Shown piece by piece: positions 8,795 through 18,821 of a stretch of DNA of 64,000 nucleotides (positions are counted from its first letter, which is position 1; the number at the start of each line of letters is the position of its first letter). The notes below the pieces were generated by a model. It made no database searches and was not told the origin of the DNA. It worked only from the letters and a program-made list of their open reading frames with translations. Made by a program: the position numbers and the translations under genes. This stretch comes from Patescibacteria group bacterium (GTDB lineage Bacteria; Patescibacteriota; Microgenomatia; Daviesbacterales; UBA10151). The DNA is taken from positions 58,479 to 122,478 of the forward strand of contig JAMCSY010000004.1 in assembly GCA_023379125.1 (NCBI GenBank), in the 5' to 3' direction.

Positions 8795-9495
8795 TTTCTC
8801 AAATTTGCTACTTCGGTAGCAGTTAATCTCCTAAACTTTCCTTCAGCCAGACTATCCAAAGACAATGAGCCAATCGCCACTCTTTTTAAATTCAGTAGAT
8901 TTAAACCCAAAGATCCTAACATTCTTCTCACTTGCCTATTTTTACCTTCATACAAAGTAATTTGCAAAAGGGTTGTGTGGCTTTCTTCTGTTAAAATTTC
9001 CACCTGCGCTGGAGCAGTTCTGCCATCTTTTAAATACACTCCCACTCTTAATTTATTCAGCTGGTCTGGCTCAATATTGCCCAAAATTAAAGCCTGATAT
9101 GTCTTGGGCACTTCAAATTTAGGATGGGTTAGTAAATTAGCTAAATCACCATCATTAGTCAGTAAAATCAGTCCCTGAGTATTTTGGTCAAGCCTACCTA
9201 CTGGATAAACTCGAATTGGCAGATTAACCAAATCGACTACTGTGAGTCTTTCATGCTCGTCAGCTACCGTAGAAACTACCCCTTTGGGTTTATTGAGCAT
9301 CAAATAAATCAGCTTAATATTTCTACCAACTCGCTGATTATCTACTAAAATTTCATCTTGGTCAGAAACCAACTGGCCCACAGAAGCTTTCTTCTGATTC
9401 ACCATCACCCTACCATCTTCCACTAGACTGGCTGCTTTTCTCCTGGAAGCCACTCCCAAAGAAGCCAGGTATTTATTAATATTTTCCTGTTTCAT
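8764..9495 (-). CDS. rRNA pseudouridine synthase, RsuA/RluB family
   Basis: N-terminal S4 domain (NKYLASLGVASRRKA) and the catalytic VGRLDQNTQGLILLTNDG motif. Confidence 0.8.
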   Translation of the reverse strand: MKQENINKYLASLGVASRRKAASLVEDGRVMVNQKKASVGQLVSDQDEILVDNQRVGRNIKLIYLMLNKPKGVVSTVADEHERLTVVDLVNLPIRVYPVGRLDQNTQGLILLTNDGDLANLLTHPKFEVPKTYQALILGNIEPDQLNKLRVGVYLKDGRTAPAQVEILTEESHTTLLQITLYEGKNRQVRRMLGSLGLNLLNLKRVAIGSLSLDSLAEGKFRRLTATEVANLRNYSLQQSIAF

Positions 9496-9576
9496 CTGAA
9501 TATGAGTATAACAAAGTGAACAGATTTTAGATTCAACAAGACTAGAGTAGTTTAGCCTTATTTGATAGAAAACAGC

Positions 9577-9933
9577 TTACCTCCTAATACAAACAAGCAT
9601 AGCCCTACCACCACTACTAACAGTCTCTTGCCAGATATCTGTTAAACCTGCACTTGTTCCACAATAGTAGCCAGTATCATTATAGTTCCAGCGAACAGAA
9701 CCTACCTGCTTAGTCAAGTCTGTAGCACGACAGGTATAAATATCTATCCCAGCTGGAGTAGTGACTTCTTGGGAAATAGTTGTAGCTATCGGGTTACCGC
9801 TAGCACCTAACATTCCACACTCCACACCACGGGTAACCATTGCCCCATCAGCTGAAGTAGGAGCTGCTGTTGCTAAAAAGAGAGCTGGAGCAAGTACTAG
9901 CCCTAATAATTTTTCTTTTGGCACTTCAATCAC
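9577..9933 (-). CDS. Small secreted Cys-containing protein, hypothetical
   Basis: 118 aa with a signal-peptide-like N-terminus and six Cys. Confidence 0.4.
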   Translation of the reverse strand: MIEVPKEKLLGLVLAPALFLATAAPTSADGAMVTRGVECGMLGASGNPIATTISQEVTTPAGIDIYTCRATDLTKQVGSVRWNYNDTGYYCGTSAGLTDIWQETVSSGGRAMLVCIRR

Positions 9934-9976
9934 CTCCTTTATTTACTAAGCATATTAAACAGGATCATTTTTATAC

Positions 9977-11164
9977 TTAGCCTACCCAATACCAATTTAT
10001 AAAAAATATAGATGTCAGAAAAATACCTATAAGAAAGATTCCCGCTAAAATCAAATATGGACCTTTTTTTAATAAATTAGCCAAGTAAATATAGAGGGGA
10101 AACGAAACAGTTTGTAATCGACTAAAGGACATGTTATTAACCAGTAATGGAGTAACAAAAATAGCTAAGCTAATCCACCAAAGAGAACTTGGTAAAAAGT
10201 TCTTACTCTTTATCAATAATATAGTCACCACAATCATCATCAAGCTGTCAATTTGAGAAGCATGAAAACTATGGAAAGGTAGCGATGGAAAAAGAGCGAG
10301 TTTTAATAAATTGTCAAGCAAGGGAATTGGGCTTAACATACTATTTAGCCAAATATGTCTGACAGTTAAAAAATAAAAAGGATTTTGTGTTTTGATAAAA
10401 CAAAAAATCAGCCAAAGCACGAGTGGTAATATCACAATTCCACATAGTAACAAGCCAGAGAAAAACTTTAGTTTATTAGCACGCAGTCTTTGGAAAAGTA
10501 CCACCAAATACCAGATATTGAGTAGCCAGCCGTTACCTTTGGTTATATTCATAAAAGCCAAGAGTGTTGCTGATATTAATAATTTTTGTTTAATCATGAA
10601 ATAGCCAAACCAAATTAAAGTTAATAGTTGCAAATTTTCTACATAATAACTTCTAAAAAAAATAGATAAGGGAAACACAAAAAGTAAGAAAACTGTTTTT
10701 AAGGCTAGGCTTGGAGAAAAGAGTTTACCAACAACCCAGTATAAGCTAATAAAGTTTATAACTATTAGTAAATTAGTAGTTATGAAAGCAGCAGTCTCAA
10801 TATTTGGAAAAAATAAATTAGCCAACCTAAGAAGTAGTGGCCATAATGGAAAGAATCCATAGCTCATTCCTCCCATCACATTGGGATCTTGATAATTCTG
10901 CAGAGTCGGATTCTGTGGGTAACCATCAACAGCTATTTTTAAGTACCATTGTGCATCCCAAACAGCCAAACTATTAATCAAATCAAAACCCTCTGATTTT
11001 ATTCTGTTATCTTGGATGTAGTGCTGAGAGTTATACCGGTAATTAAATAAATTAATTGGTAACCATTTGTGACTGACAAGAATAAATGAATAAAGCAGTA
11101 GATTCAGGATAATAAAAATTACTAGCGCCAGAATAAACTTATAGTCAATGCTAGTACTTCCCAA
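9977..11164 (-). CDS. Polytopic membrane protein, possibly a GT-C-fold glycosyltransferase
   Basis: 395 aa with ten or more hydrophobic helices and the aromatic-rich loops typical of lipid-linked sugar transferases; no firm motif. Confidence 0.4.
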   Translation of the reverse strand: MGSTSIDYKFILALVIFIILNLLLYSFILVSHKWLPINLFNYRYNSQHYIQDNRIKSEGFDLINSLAVWDAQWYLKIAVDGYPQNPTLQNYQDPNVMGGMSYGFFPLWPLLLRLANLFFPNIETAAFITTNLLIVINFISLYWVVGKLFSPSLALKTVFLLFVFPLSIFFRSYYVENLQLLTLIWFGYFMIKQKLLISATLLAFMNITKGNGWLLNIWYLVVLFQRLRANKLKFFSGLLLCGIVILPLVLWLIFCFIKTQNPFYFLTVRHIWLNSMLSPIPLLDNLLKLALFPSLPFHSFHASQIDSLMMIVVTILLIKSKNFLPSSLWWISLAIFVTPLLVNNMSFSRLQTVSFPLYIYLANLLKKGPYLILAGIFLIGIFLTSIFFINWYWVG

Positions 11165-11352
11165 AAAAAGTATGCCAGGTTGTTTAGTGTGTTTTGGTAT
11201 CGATTTCAGACTAGTCCTTTCTTTGTAAGATTAGTTTAAAAAAACAAGTGATGCAATGGCTACAAGTCATACAGTACGTCTTGCTTGTTGACAATCAGTT
11301 AGACCCTTTCTACTATTGACTAAGAATCCCATTTTGAGATTTAGGTTGGTTA

Positions 11353-13164
11353 ATGATAAATAATCTTCTTAATAAGGTTTTACTGCAACCCTCCCCTCTT
11401 CCAATTCGAAGTTATGGATCAATTGAAGTGATTGGTGATCAGCTTCACATTCATCACACTAACAGAGGCAAAGTTAAATCTTACACCATTAATTTAGATG
11501 GCAAAGATATCGAAGATAAGATTAAAAATGAGATCGCTAAAATCTCTACTCAAAATCACAAATTGGTTGCAGTATCTTTCCACGAGCATGAATTGCATAA
11601 AAAAGTAGCTTCTAAACTCTGGGTTGAGGAAGATATTGTGTCTTTTCTCATTAATGACAAATCCCACCATAGCACCACTACATTAGAAAGAGATCTAAAA
11701 TATATCGCTACTAGTTTTGATAAAGATAACGTGGCCCAAATTAGAATCAGTCCGGAAAACGAAGTAGAGATAACTGACTTAGTCTCTTTGGCTGATTACC
11801 AAAAAATTACCAGCAGAGCTGAGTATTCAAAATTATTATCCCTGGCTAAAAGTTTTTATCATCGCCGTTTAATTTATATTAATGCAACACCTCAAGGCGG
11901 TGGAGTAGCTTTAATGCGTCATGCTTTAATTAGACTTTTTAGATTACTTGGAGTGGATGCTCATTGGTTTGTTCTCAAGCCTAATGCTGCAGTATTTAAT
12001 GTGACCAAGAGAAAATTTCATAACATTCTACAAGGAGTGGCTGCTGCGGATTTGGTCTTAAATGATCAAGATAAGCACTTATATAACCAGTGGATTAAAG
12101 AAAATGCTTTAATTTTTCAAGCAGAATTTAAAAAAGCTGATGTGGTGGTAATTGACGATCCGCAGCCTGCGGGACTAATTCCCTATATCAAGGAAGCAAA
12201 CCCTCAAGCCAAAATAATTTATCGCTCGCATATTCAAATTGAAACTAAACTAGTTGACCAAGCAAATAGTCCTCAAGCTAAAACTTGGCAATTTATTTGG
12301 GAAAATGCCCATTTAGCAGATATTTTTGTTAGCCATCCAGTACCTGATTTTGTCCCAAAAGATGTGCCTTCTCAAAAAGTTGTTTATATGCCTGCTACCA
12401 CTGATCCCTTAGATGGTCTGAACAAACCACTCACCGATCATCAGATTACTTACTATCTCCAGCTTTTTAACAAACTTTTAAAAGAAGAAAGTCAAACACC
12501 ACTGAATCCCAAAAAAGATTATTTGATTCAAATTGCTCGTTTTGATCCATCTAAAGGGATCCCAGATTTATTGGAAAGCTATTTATTACTTACACAGAGA
12601 TTAGCAAAAGGGCACATCGAGAGACCACAACTGGTAATTACTGGCAATGGTTCAGTTGACGATCCAGACCGCGCTCCTGTTTTCGAGCAAACTCTGGCAA
12701 TTATTAATAGCCCCAAATATAAACATCTCAAAAACGACATTAAAGTAGTCAGGCTTCCACATATTGACCAGCTGCTCAACACCTTATTGAGAAAAAGTAA
12801 AATTGCCCTACAACTTTCTATTAAAGAAGGATTTGAAATAAAGATTACTGAAGCGCTCATGAAGAGCAAACCAGTGATTGCTTATCGCAGCGGGGGGATG
12901 CCCCTGCAGGTTGAAAATAAAGTAACAGGTTTTCTGGCTCAACCTGGTAATACTAAACAAGTGAGTGATTATCTTTTTGATCTGCTAACCAACACCAGTC
13001 TTTATCAACATATGAGCTGGGCTGCCGAGAATTATTATGACCACTCATTGCTAACTATTCCGAATGCTATTCGTTGGCTAGAATTAAGCCTGCAACTATT
13101 GGGGAAAAATCTTAAAGACCTTGATACATCCAAGAGGTTAGATTCCCCTGTGCAATCCATTTAA
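11353..13164 (+). CDS. GT4-family glycosyltransferase, TreT-like (trehalose-synthase-like), with an N-terminal extension
   Basis: NATPQGGGVALM glycine loop plus the C-terminal Glycos_transf_1 signature (FDPSKGIPDLL ... EGFEIKITEALMKSKPVIA). Confidence 0.55.
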   Translation: MINNLLNKVLLQPSPLPIRSYGSIEVIGDQLHIHHTNRGKVKSYTINLDGKDIEDKIKNEIAKISTQNHKLVAVSFHEHELHKKVASKLWVEEDIVSFLINDKSHHSTTTLERDLKYIATSFDKDNVAQIRISPENEVEITDLVSLADYQKITSRAEYSKLLSLAKSFYHRRLIYINATPQGGGVALMRHALIRLFRLLGVDAHWFVLKPNAAVFNVTKRKFHNILQGVAAADLVLNDQDKHLYNQWIKENALIFQAEFKKADVVVIDDPQPAGLIPYIKEANPQAKIIYRSHIQIETKLVDQANSPQAKTWQFIWENAHLADIFVSHPVPDFVPKDVPSQKVVYMPATTDPLDGLNKPLTDHQITYYLQLFNKLLKEESQTPLNPKKDYLIQIARFDPSKGIPDLLESYLLLTQRLAKGHIERPQLVITGNGSVDDPDRAPVFEQTLAIINSPKYKHLKNDIKVVRLPHIDQLLNTLLRKSKIALQLSIKEGFEIKITEALMKSKPVIAYRSGGMPLQVENKVTGFLAQPGNTKQVSDYLFDLLTNTSLYQHMSWAAENYYDHSLLTIPNAIRWLELSLQLLGKNLKDLDTSKRLDSPVQSI

Positions 13165-13504
13165 TTGCTTTTTCTACCTCAAATTTACACAAACCCTCAT
13201 CATAACTACAAGTTGTCTGAGCAGCTAAAGTTTCATCCAAAATAGTCAAAGTCGGTAGAGCACGCGGATTGGCTATTTGACCTAAGGCCCAAATAGCGTT
13301 ATTTCTTTCGCGGAAAGTGTTTTGTTCCGAAGAGACTAAACTCAACAACGCTTCAACACAGTCTCCGGGGTATAAACTTTTTGCCCGTTGGCAACTAGAC
13401 TCAACTTGACGATGGATTGTATAAAGACCCAAACCAAGAAAAAGCACTGACAGAAGTAAGACTGAGGTGGATAAAACCAACACCAACTTCCTAGTGATGG
13501 CCAT
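13112..13504 (-). CDS. HEAT-repeat (PBS-lyase-like) protein with an N-terminal TM helix
   Basis: NNAIWALGQIANPRALPTL HEAT-like repeat; hydrophobic N-terminus. Confidence 0.45.
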   Translation of the reverse strand: MAITRKLVLVLSTSVLLLSVLFLGLGLYTIHRQVESSCQRAKSLYPGDCVEALLSLVSSEQNTFRERNNAIWALGQIANPRALPTLTILDETLAAQTTCSYDEGLCKFEVEKAIKWIAQGNLTSWMYQGL

Positions 13505-13528
13505 CTTTAATAAATTATAGCATGCAGT

Positions 13529-13957
13529 TTAGGAATTTTTAATCTGTTTTGCCCAAGTAGCCACTTTTTCTAACTCCCCTTCTCTAAGAGGGCCTTCTTT
13601 ACCCTCAACAACAAAACCAATGGGTTTGACTACTGCTTTACCACCAAGACTGACTAATTTTTCTTCAATCTTATCAGCTGCACTACCAGCAAAAAAGATT
13701 TTTACTCTAGTATCAAATGCCGCTATTTTAATATTTTGCAAGCAGTTAGACTGCCAAGAATCTAGTAGTTCAGACATTGGTTCAGCTGGACGCCAACCAT
13801 GGATGGGACAGCCTACTACTAATACCCCTATTCCCTTTAGAAAATCTGGTTCAAAATCTGCTACTTCAACAGCTTGACCCTTAAGTACTTGAGCAATTTT
13901 CTCTGCCACTTTTTGAGTGTTGCCAAACAAAGAGTTATAGATAACCAGCGTTTTCAT
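13529..13957 (-). CDS. Flavodoxin-like protein
   Basis: MKTLVIYNSLFGNTQKVAE matches the flavodoxin FMN-binding N-terminal signature. Confidence 0.65.
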   Translation of the reverse strand: MKTLVIYNSLFGNTQKVAEKIAQVLKGQAVEVADFEPDFLKGIGVLVVGCPIHGWRPAEPMSELLDSWQSNCLQNIKIAAFDTRVKIFFAGSAADKIEEKLVSLGGKAVVKPIGFVVEGKEGPLREGELEKVATWAKQIKNS

Positions 13958-14004
13958 GGTGGTATTGTACCTTTGCTATCTAAAAAAGGCAAAAATGAAC
14001 CCCT

Positions 14005-14083
14005 CCCCACTGCAAGCAGTGGGGTATCCCGCAAGCGGGACAAGTTCTTCTGTGAACCATTCATTCTCGAATCAAGATTCGAG
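14005..14083 (-). other. Three consecutive CUUG-tetraloop hairpins in the intergenic 3'UTR/5'UTR; structured RNA or compound terminator
   Basis: On the minus strand: ctcgaat-CUUG-attcgag, tcccg-CUUG-cggga, ccccactg-CUUG-cagtgggg, followed by the U-rich ttcatttttgcctttttt. Confidence 0.45.
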
Positions 14084-14093
14084 GTATTCTGGT

Positions 14094-14360
14094 TCAAGAA
14101 TAAGTCTTTTTACCCTTGGAGACTTGTTTGGCTACCCAAGCAATAATATAAATCCCCACATAAAGGTCTAAGAAACCATAGACAAAGCCAATCAGACTAC
14201 CCCACAAAGAGATATTAAAGCCAGGATAAATACTCACCCAAATATCCAAGAAGGCCCGACCATAGCCGGTATAGGCACATGCCAAGGTGGTTAAGAACAT
14301 TATTGCTCCCCAGATAAGTCCTCCAGTAAGCGCCCACCTATGTAATCTTTTATTCATCAC
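14094..14360 (-). CDS. Small membrane protein
   Basis: 88 aa with two or three TM helices. Confidence 0.4.
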   Translation of the reverse strand: MMNKRLHRWALTGGLIWGAIMFLTTLACAYTGYGRAFLDIWVSIYPGFNISLWGSLIGFVYGFLDLYVGIYIIAWVAKQVSKGKKTYS

Positions 14361-14550
14361 TCCTCACCCCCCTCTTTTTTAAGCATACACTCAGCCAAAA
14401 AGATGATGCAAATTAAAAAAGGTAATTTTTAATCTTTTTCTTAGCGCACCCACCACATCCCATTACTTAATCGGTTCTGTCTTAGTTAAGTTAATAAACA
14501 ATCCTCAAGTTAGTGAGGATGTTAAGGTCATAATAGAATCAAGAAGTAGC

Positions 14551-14868
14551 TCAGATCGAGGATAAACCGGAAAAAAGCAGAGTTAGTGCCAGGATTGTTA
14601 CTCCAGCAAAAATTACCACTGTTTTTAAGAACAAATCCACTGCTTCTTTTTTCTTTCCCTCTATAAACAACATACCTGGTTGGTATAAAAATAGATAACC
14701 CATCACCGCTGCTGATAAAGTAAACAGGGAAACCACAGCAATCGGGGCGAGGATGGAATGGTCGGGTCCAGCTGATCGTCCACCCCAGGTCATTACTGAA
14801 GCAATTATCACAATGTATAAAGTGGCAGCAAAGGCATTAATTAAGGGATTTTTTGTCATCTGATACAT
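14551..14868 (-). CDS. Small membrane protein
   Basis: 105 aa with three TM helices. Confidence 0.4.
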   Translation of the reverse strand: MYQMTKNPLINAFAATLYIVIIASVMTWGGRSAGPDHSILAPIAVVSLFTLSAAVMGYLFLYQPGMLFIEGKKKEAVDLFLKTVVIFAGVTILALTLLFSGLSSI

Positions 14869-14933
14869 ATTATACCTTATTTATCAAATGAAGTATCAGC
14901 TTTGGCTGAAAAGGTACTATGACCACAATATTT

Positions 14934-15311
14934 TTAGATTTTATAGGTACTTTTACCCCAACTTACAAGCAGGGGCAGTAAAAAAACTAAAATATAATAT
15001 ACATAAACATCCAATTTATAGTATCCATCCGCTGGTTTGAGGAATTGTACTAAAAAGAGATAGTCAAACAAAATTGCGATTAAAACCCAGATCAAGCTTA
15101 TTTTGCAGAAATAGGAGAATGCCTCACTTTTAATCTGCCTGAGCAAAACCCACAAGGTCACAGCAGTACCAATGGGTAAAATGATCCACCCAATCAAAAC
15201 ATTTGGCATCAACATAAACAAAATACTACCCAAAATGATTGCGCTGCTACCTGAATAAGGCACCCATTCACCAAAATATTTTTCCATTACACAGTCATGG
15301 TACTCTTTCAA
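14934..15311 (-). CDS. Small membrane protein
   Basis: 125 aa with four TM helices. Confidence 0.4.
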   Translation of the reverse strand: MKEYHDCVMEKYFGEWVPYSGSSAIILGSILFMLMPNVLIGWIILPIGTAVTLWVLLRQIKSEAFSYFCKISLIWVLIAILFDYLFLVQFLKPADGYYKLDVYVYYILVFLLPLLVSWGKSTYKI

Positions 15312-15445
15312 ATAATCTTCATCAAACCTTCCCAGTATAAATCAACTGTGTCTTGGCTGGAGCAAAAGCGACTCTTTCGAGTGAGCACGCTTAGTACTAA
15401 TTATCAGCACAAAAGAGATAAAGATTCTTATTGCCTAGCCTTTTA

Positions 15446-15474
15446 TTGACAAGAATATCGAGCATGGCTATACT
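15446..15474 (+). promoter_or_regulatory. Sigma-70-type promoter
   Basis: TTGACA, a 17-bp spacer, then TATACT, about 30 bp upstream of the 15506 ORF. Confidence 0.5.
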
Positions 15475-15505
15475 CCACTTATCTTAATTATTGAATTAAC
15501 TAAGG

Positions 15506-16360
15506 ATGGAAACTTTTACCACAACTCCCGAAGAAGCTACAGAAATTCGTGACATTTCGCAAGGAAGCATAGAGATTGCTGTAGATCAAGTATCCAAATC
15601 AGCCAACAAAAGATTCACCGAGGGTGCAACCAAAACTCTTTTTAGAGTAAATAGGCAGCAAGCAATCGCCTTAGCTTTGGTATCAGGCCTATCTTATCCA
15701 ATCGGTAGAACAGAATTAGCAAAAGTGGCTGGCCAGGCCTATGATTTATATGCTGCCATACCAGCAGGTGCTTACTATCTGGAAGAGGGGAAGTTCCCCT
15801 CCTTAGATCCTCAAGAAATTAAGTCTAGACACCAGCACGGCTACAATGACTGTTTTTTTGTAGCCCAGAAATATTATGATGGTGTGGTAATCAGCAACTT
15901 CCCACGCGGATCAATGATCAGCACCGTTGATAGGTCAGTCCAAATTTCCTGGGATCTTTTAAAACAAGGATGGGGTCCATGGGGGAGTAGTTTTACCACC
16001 TTCTACTCTGAAGCAAAGGTTGTTGCCAAGAAGCCATTAGAAGAATATCTGAAAGAGGGGTTTAAAATTTTTGCCGGAAAAAGGTTCTGTGCCACTTTAT
16101 CCCGCTATCAGATGTGGCAACTGGGCGGTTATCCACTAAGTGGTTTAAGAAAGTTAACCACAGCAGAAGATTTCATAGGCTATACTGAAAGGTTTTTAGG
16201 AAGATCTGAGGTTTTATTACCACCTATTGAGGAAGTGTACTCTTTAGGAATCCATAAAGCAGAGCAGATGACACTGGAAGAAATTTTAGCAGAAGTATCT
16301 AGGAGGGTTGCGGCCAATCAGATATCTACAAAAAGATTACTTGCTTCAGGAACCTACTAA
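15506..16360 (+). CDS. Hypothetical protein
   Basis: 284-aa ORF with its own promoter; no recognisable domain. Confidence 0.5.
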   Translation: METFTTTPEEATEIRDISQGSIEIAVDQVSKSANKRFTEGATKTLFRVNRQQAIALALVSGLSYPIGRTELAKVAGQAYDLYAAIPAGAYYLEEGKFPSLDPQEIKSRHQHGYNDCFFVAQKYYDGVVISNFPRGSMISTVDRSVQISWDLLKQGWGPWGSSFTTFYSEAKVVAKKPLEEYLKEGFKIFAGKRFCATLSRYQMWQLGGYPLSGLRKLTTAEDFIGYTERFLGRSEVLLPPIEEVYSLGIHKAEQMTLEEILAEVSRRVAANQISTKRLLASGTY

Positions 16361-16484
16361 CTTAATTAGATTCTCTCATCTTCTTATCCCTTGACAGTGT
16401 ATGTTCCAAATTACTGATTCCTGTTTATTGTGCATGACTTTATTATAGTTTGCTTTTGACACTAATAGGAGTAGGATCGATTTT

Positions 16485-16778
16485 TTATCTTTTTGAAGAG
16501 GTAACTTTACCAAAAATAAATACTATCAAACTTAGAAGAAAGCATATCGCAACAGTAAACAAAATAAAATTCACTGCATAATCAAGCAATTGACGGCCTA
16601 ATGTTCTTGAGCCAATAACGGTGATATCCCGAGGCACGAAGTTAAAGGCATAAAGTTCCAATAAAATGGCCGCTACGACAGAAATTATTAATTTTAACCT
16701 AAGACTCAGCATATTTAAGGATAGCACAGTAGCCTTAGTCTTTGCTATCAAAAATAGAAGAAAGAGCGTACATCGCAA
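16485..16778 (-). CDS. Small membrane protein
   Basis: 97 aa with three TM helices. Confidence 0.35.
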   Translation of the reverse strand: MRCTLFLLFLIAKTKATVLSLNMLSLRLKLIISVVAAILLELYAFNFVPRDITVIGSRTLGRQLLDYAVNFILFTVAICFLLSLIVFIFGKVTSSKR

Positions 16779-16950
16779 TATAGTCTAAGCGTATCACATA
16801 GATTTTAATCTAGTGATTAGATTTTTCAGCTAAAATATATGCTCCACCTAATTGACAGACTTAGAAAATATTTTTCCATTACAAATTATGATAATCTAAA
16901 TCAGTATCGCAGAAGGTTTCTCTTTCTGTGGTAAATTTTAAAATGGAAAT

Positions 16951-17139
16951 ATGTTAAAGATTATCCGGATTATCTTAACTGTTATTTTGCTACTTCCCAC
17001 TATTTTTTTCCTTATTTTTATGCTTGGAGAAGTTTTTAGTGGAGACTGGAGTGGATTTTCTCATTTAATCCAAGCAGCACCTTTTATTGTGCTTATTTAC
17101 CTGATCTGGAAATTCCCTATTCTCAAGAAGAAACATTAG
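16951..17139 (+). CDS. Small membrane protein
   Basis: 62 aa with two TM helices. Confidence 0.3.
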   Translation: MLKIIRIILTVILLLPTIFFLIFMLGEVFSGDWSGFSHLIQAAPFIVLIYLIWKFPILKKKH

Positions 17140-17182
17140 CCAGTTACCACTTTCACCAAAATTATGGGAGGTTGAAAATTGC
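17138..17182. repeat. 45-bp direct repeat copy 1; encodes only the last 14 codons of a paralog of the 18822 gene
   Basis: accactttcaccaaaattatgggaggttgaaaattg is shared with 18822-18867. On the minus strand it reads stop-KSNFQPPIILVKVVTG-stop. Confidence 0.6.
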
Positions 17183-17222
17183 TTTTTTAAGAATCTGCAG
17201 AAAATTTCGAGGCGGTATTTAA

Positions 17223-18122
17223 TTATTTAATTGCGCTAACAATTCGTTTTATCCAGTCCAAGCCGTTTTGATATGGTGTAATAGAACTACTCACTTGATA
17301 ACCTGTAACTTTTTCTACAAATCTAACTCTTTCCTTAAGGATATCCTGTAAATCATTTTCAGAGTTAAGATATGTCAAATGGTCATTAATATTAAAATTG
17401 GGGACCAAATTACTCAGCGAGCCTACTAAAGCACCATCTGTGGTTATCAAAGGTAAACAAAGATTCTGGTTCAGAGTTCTCGCTACAACATCAACCTGAG
17501 GATGGTAAATCATCTCCCCATTTTGTCCTACTTTTCCCTTGACTAGCCAATTTCCTGTGTATCCAAAAAATGGGTACCATTCTCCTTGATTTTTACCACT
17601 CGTACCGTTTTTAGACTTATAAAAAGGTAGGTGAATATTGCCAACCCTAGCGAGCACAAAGAGACGATGGTGCATACCATAAAATAATTGAGCACCCGAT
17701 GTTTCCAATAAGACAGTAGCTAAGGCATCTTTATTTATATAAATTGCCTGATATTCAGAACCTCTGCTTGTTTGACAGCGTACAACCACTTCTCCACTTC
17801 CGATTTTTGCTGGCTGTGTATCAGCTGGAAGAGATACTGAGCCCAACTCATGTCTGAGCTTTAAGCCAGAAAACTCTTTATCCAACTCCTCATATCTTGA
17901 GGTAGACGTAATATAGAATTTTCTGCCTTTTCCATCCTGTACAATTGCTTGAACAGGTGTGGTATGACCACCTTCGGAAAATCTAATGGAACTTCCGATT
18001 TTAATAGGATCAACCAATTTACCAGCAACCACTTTCCCCTCGGGAATACCAGATGATAGTCCGTTAGCAATTGATCTTTTCACAAAAACCTTTATCTCTC
18101 CGCTTTCAATGCAACTGGACAT
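17223..18122 (-). CDS. Hypothetical protein
   Basis: 299-aa ORF; no recognisable domain. Confidence 0.5.
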   Translation of the reverse strand: MSSCIESGEIKVFVKRSIANGLSSGIPEGKVVAGKLVDPIKIGSSIRFSEGGHTTPVQAIVQDGKGRKFYITSTSRYEELDKEFSGLKLRHELGSVSLPADTQPAKIGSGEVVVRCQTSRGSEYQAIYINKDALATVLLETSGAQLFYGMHHRLFVLARVGNIHLPFYKSKNGTSGKNQGEWYPFFGYTGNWLVKGKVGQNGEMIYHPQVDVVARTLNQNLCLPLITTDGALVGSLSNLVPNFNINDHLTYLNSENDLQDILKERVRFVEKVTGYQVSSSITPYQNGLDWIKRIVSAIK

Positions 18123-18309
18123 AGACGCATTATAATAATTCTGAGCTTAAATATCAAACTATAGGACTTATCTCCAGCAAACCTTAACTTATCGAACCTA
18201 GATTTAAGTCATCAAGATTCCGTCGCTGAATTAAGGTAAAGGTGGTTAGAGAGAAGGCAGCTAAAATTCTATTCCGCCCTGTAATAATGTTTATGAAACC
18301 TCTTTGTGT

Positions 18310-18744
18310 TTACAATACTTTGGTTTGCCAACGATAATAATAGGAAGTTTTCTCGTAGCCTAATCGAGCGTAGTAATCTTGTAACTCTTCATTATTTTGA
18401 TCTACTAAAATATGTACCTCGTTATGACCTCGATCTTTTAATCTCCTCTCTGCTTCCTGGAGTAGTTTAGGACCAATACCCTGTTTTCGTTCTCGTTCTA
18501 TTACCGCTAAACGGAAAATCATAGACATTCTTCCATCCTCAACAATCATAACCGTACCCACAACTTGATTAGATTTCACTGCTACCATAATTGATTCAGG
18601 GTCTCTATGGATTTTAGCCACAAACTTATCTTCTGTATCGAAAGGTTCATAAAACATGTCTGCCTCGTCATAAATACTTCTAACCTGAGGGTAGTCTTCT
18701 AGCAGATAATTGCGTACTCTGACTTCAGCTTCTTGGTCCGTCAT
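18310..18744 (-). CDS. GNAT-family N-acetyltransferase
   Basis: Acetyl-CoA-binding motif RLAVIERERKQGIGPKLL. Confidence 0.8.
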   Translation of the reverse strand: MTDQEAEVRVRNYLLEDYPQVRSIYDEADMFYEPFDTEDKFVAKIHRDPESIMVAVKSNQVVGTVMIVEDGRMSMIFRLAVIERERKQGIGPKLLQEAERRLKDRGHNEVHILVDQNNEELQDYYARLGYEKTSYYYRWQTKVL

Positions 18745-18821
18745 AAAATGTATTATAATCCAAAGATGGCGAATTTTTGACGTTTTTCCTTTCAGTTTTT
18801 ATTAAAATAACAAAACTGAAA

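Noticed and set aside
13958-14100. SRP RNA or another known small RNA in the flavodoxin upstream gap
   Set aside because: There is no GGAA-tetraloop/AGCA symmetric-loop domain IV and no resemblance to 4.5S, 6S or RNase P consensus. I kept it only as an unclassified hairpin array.
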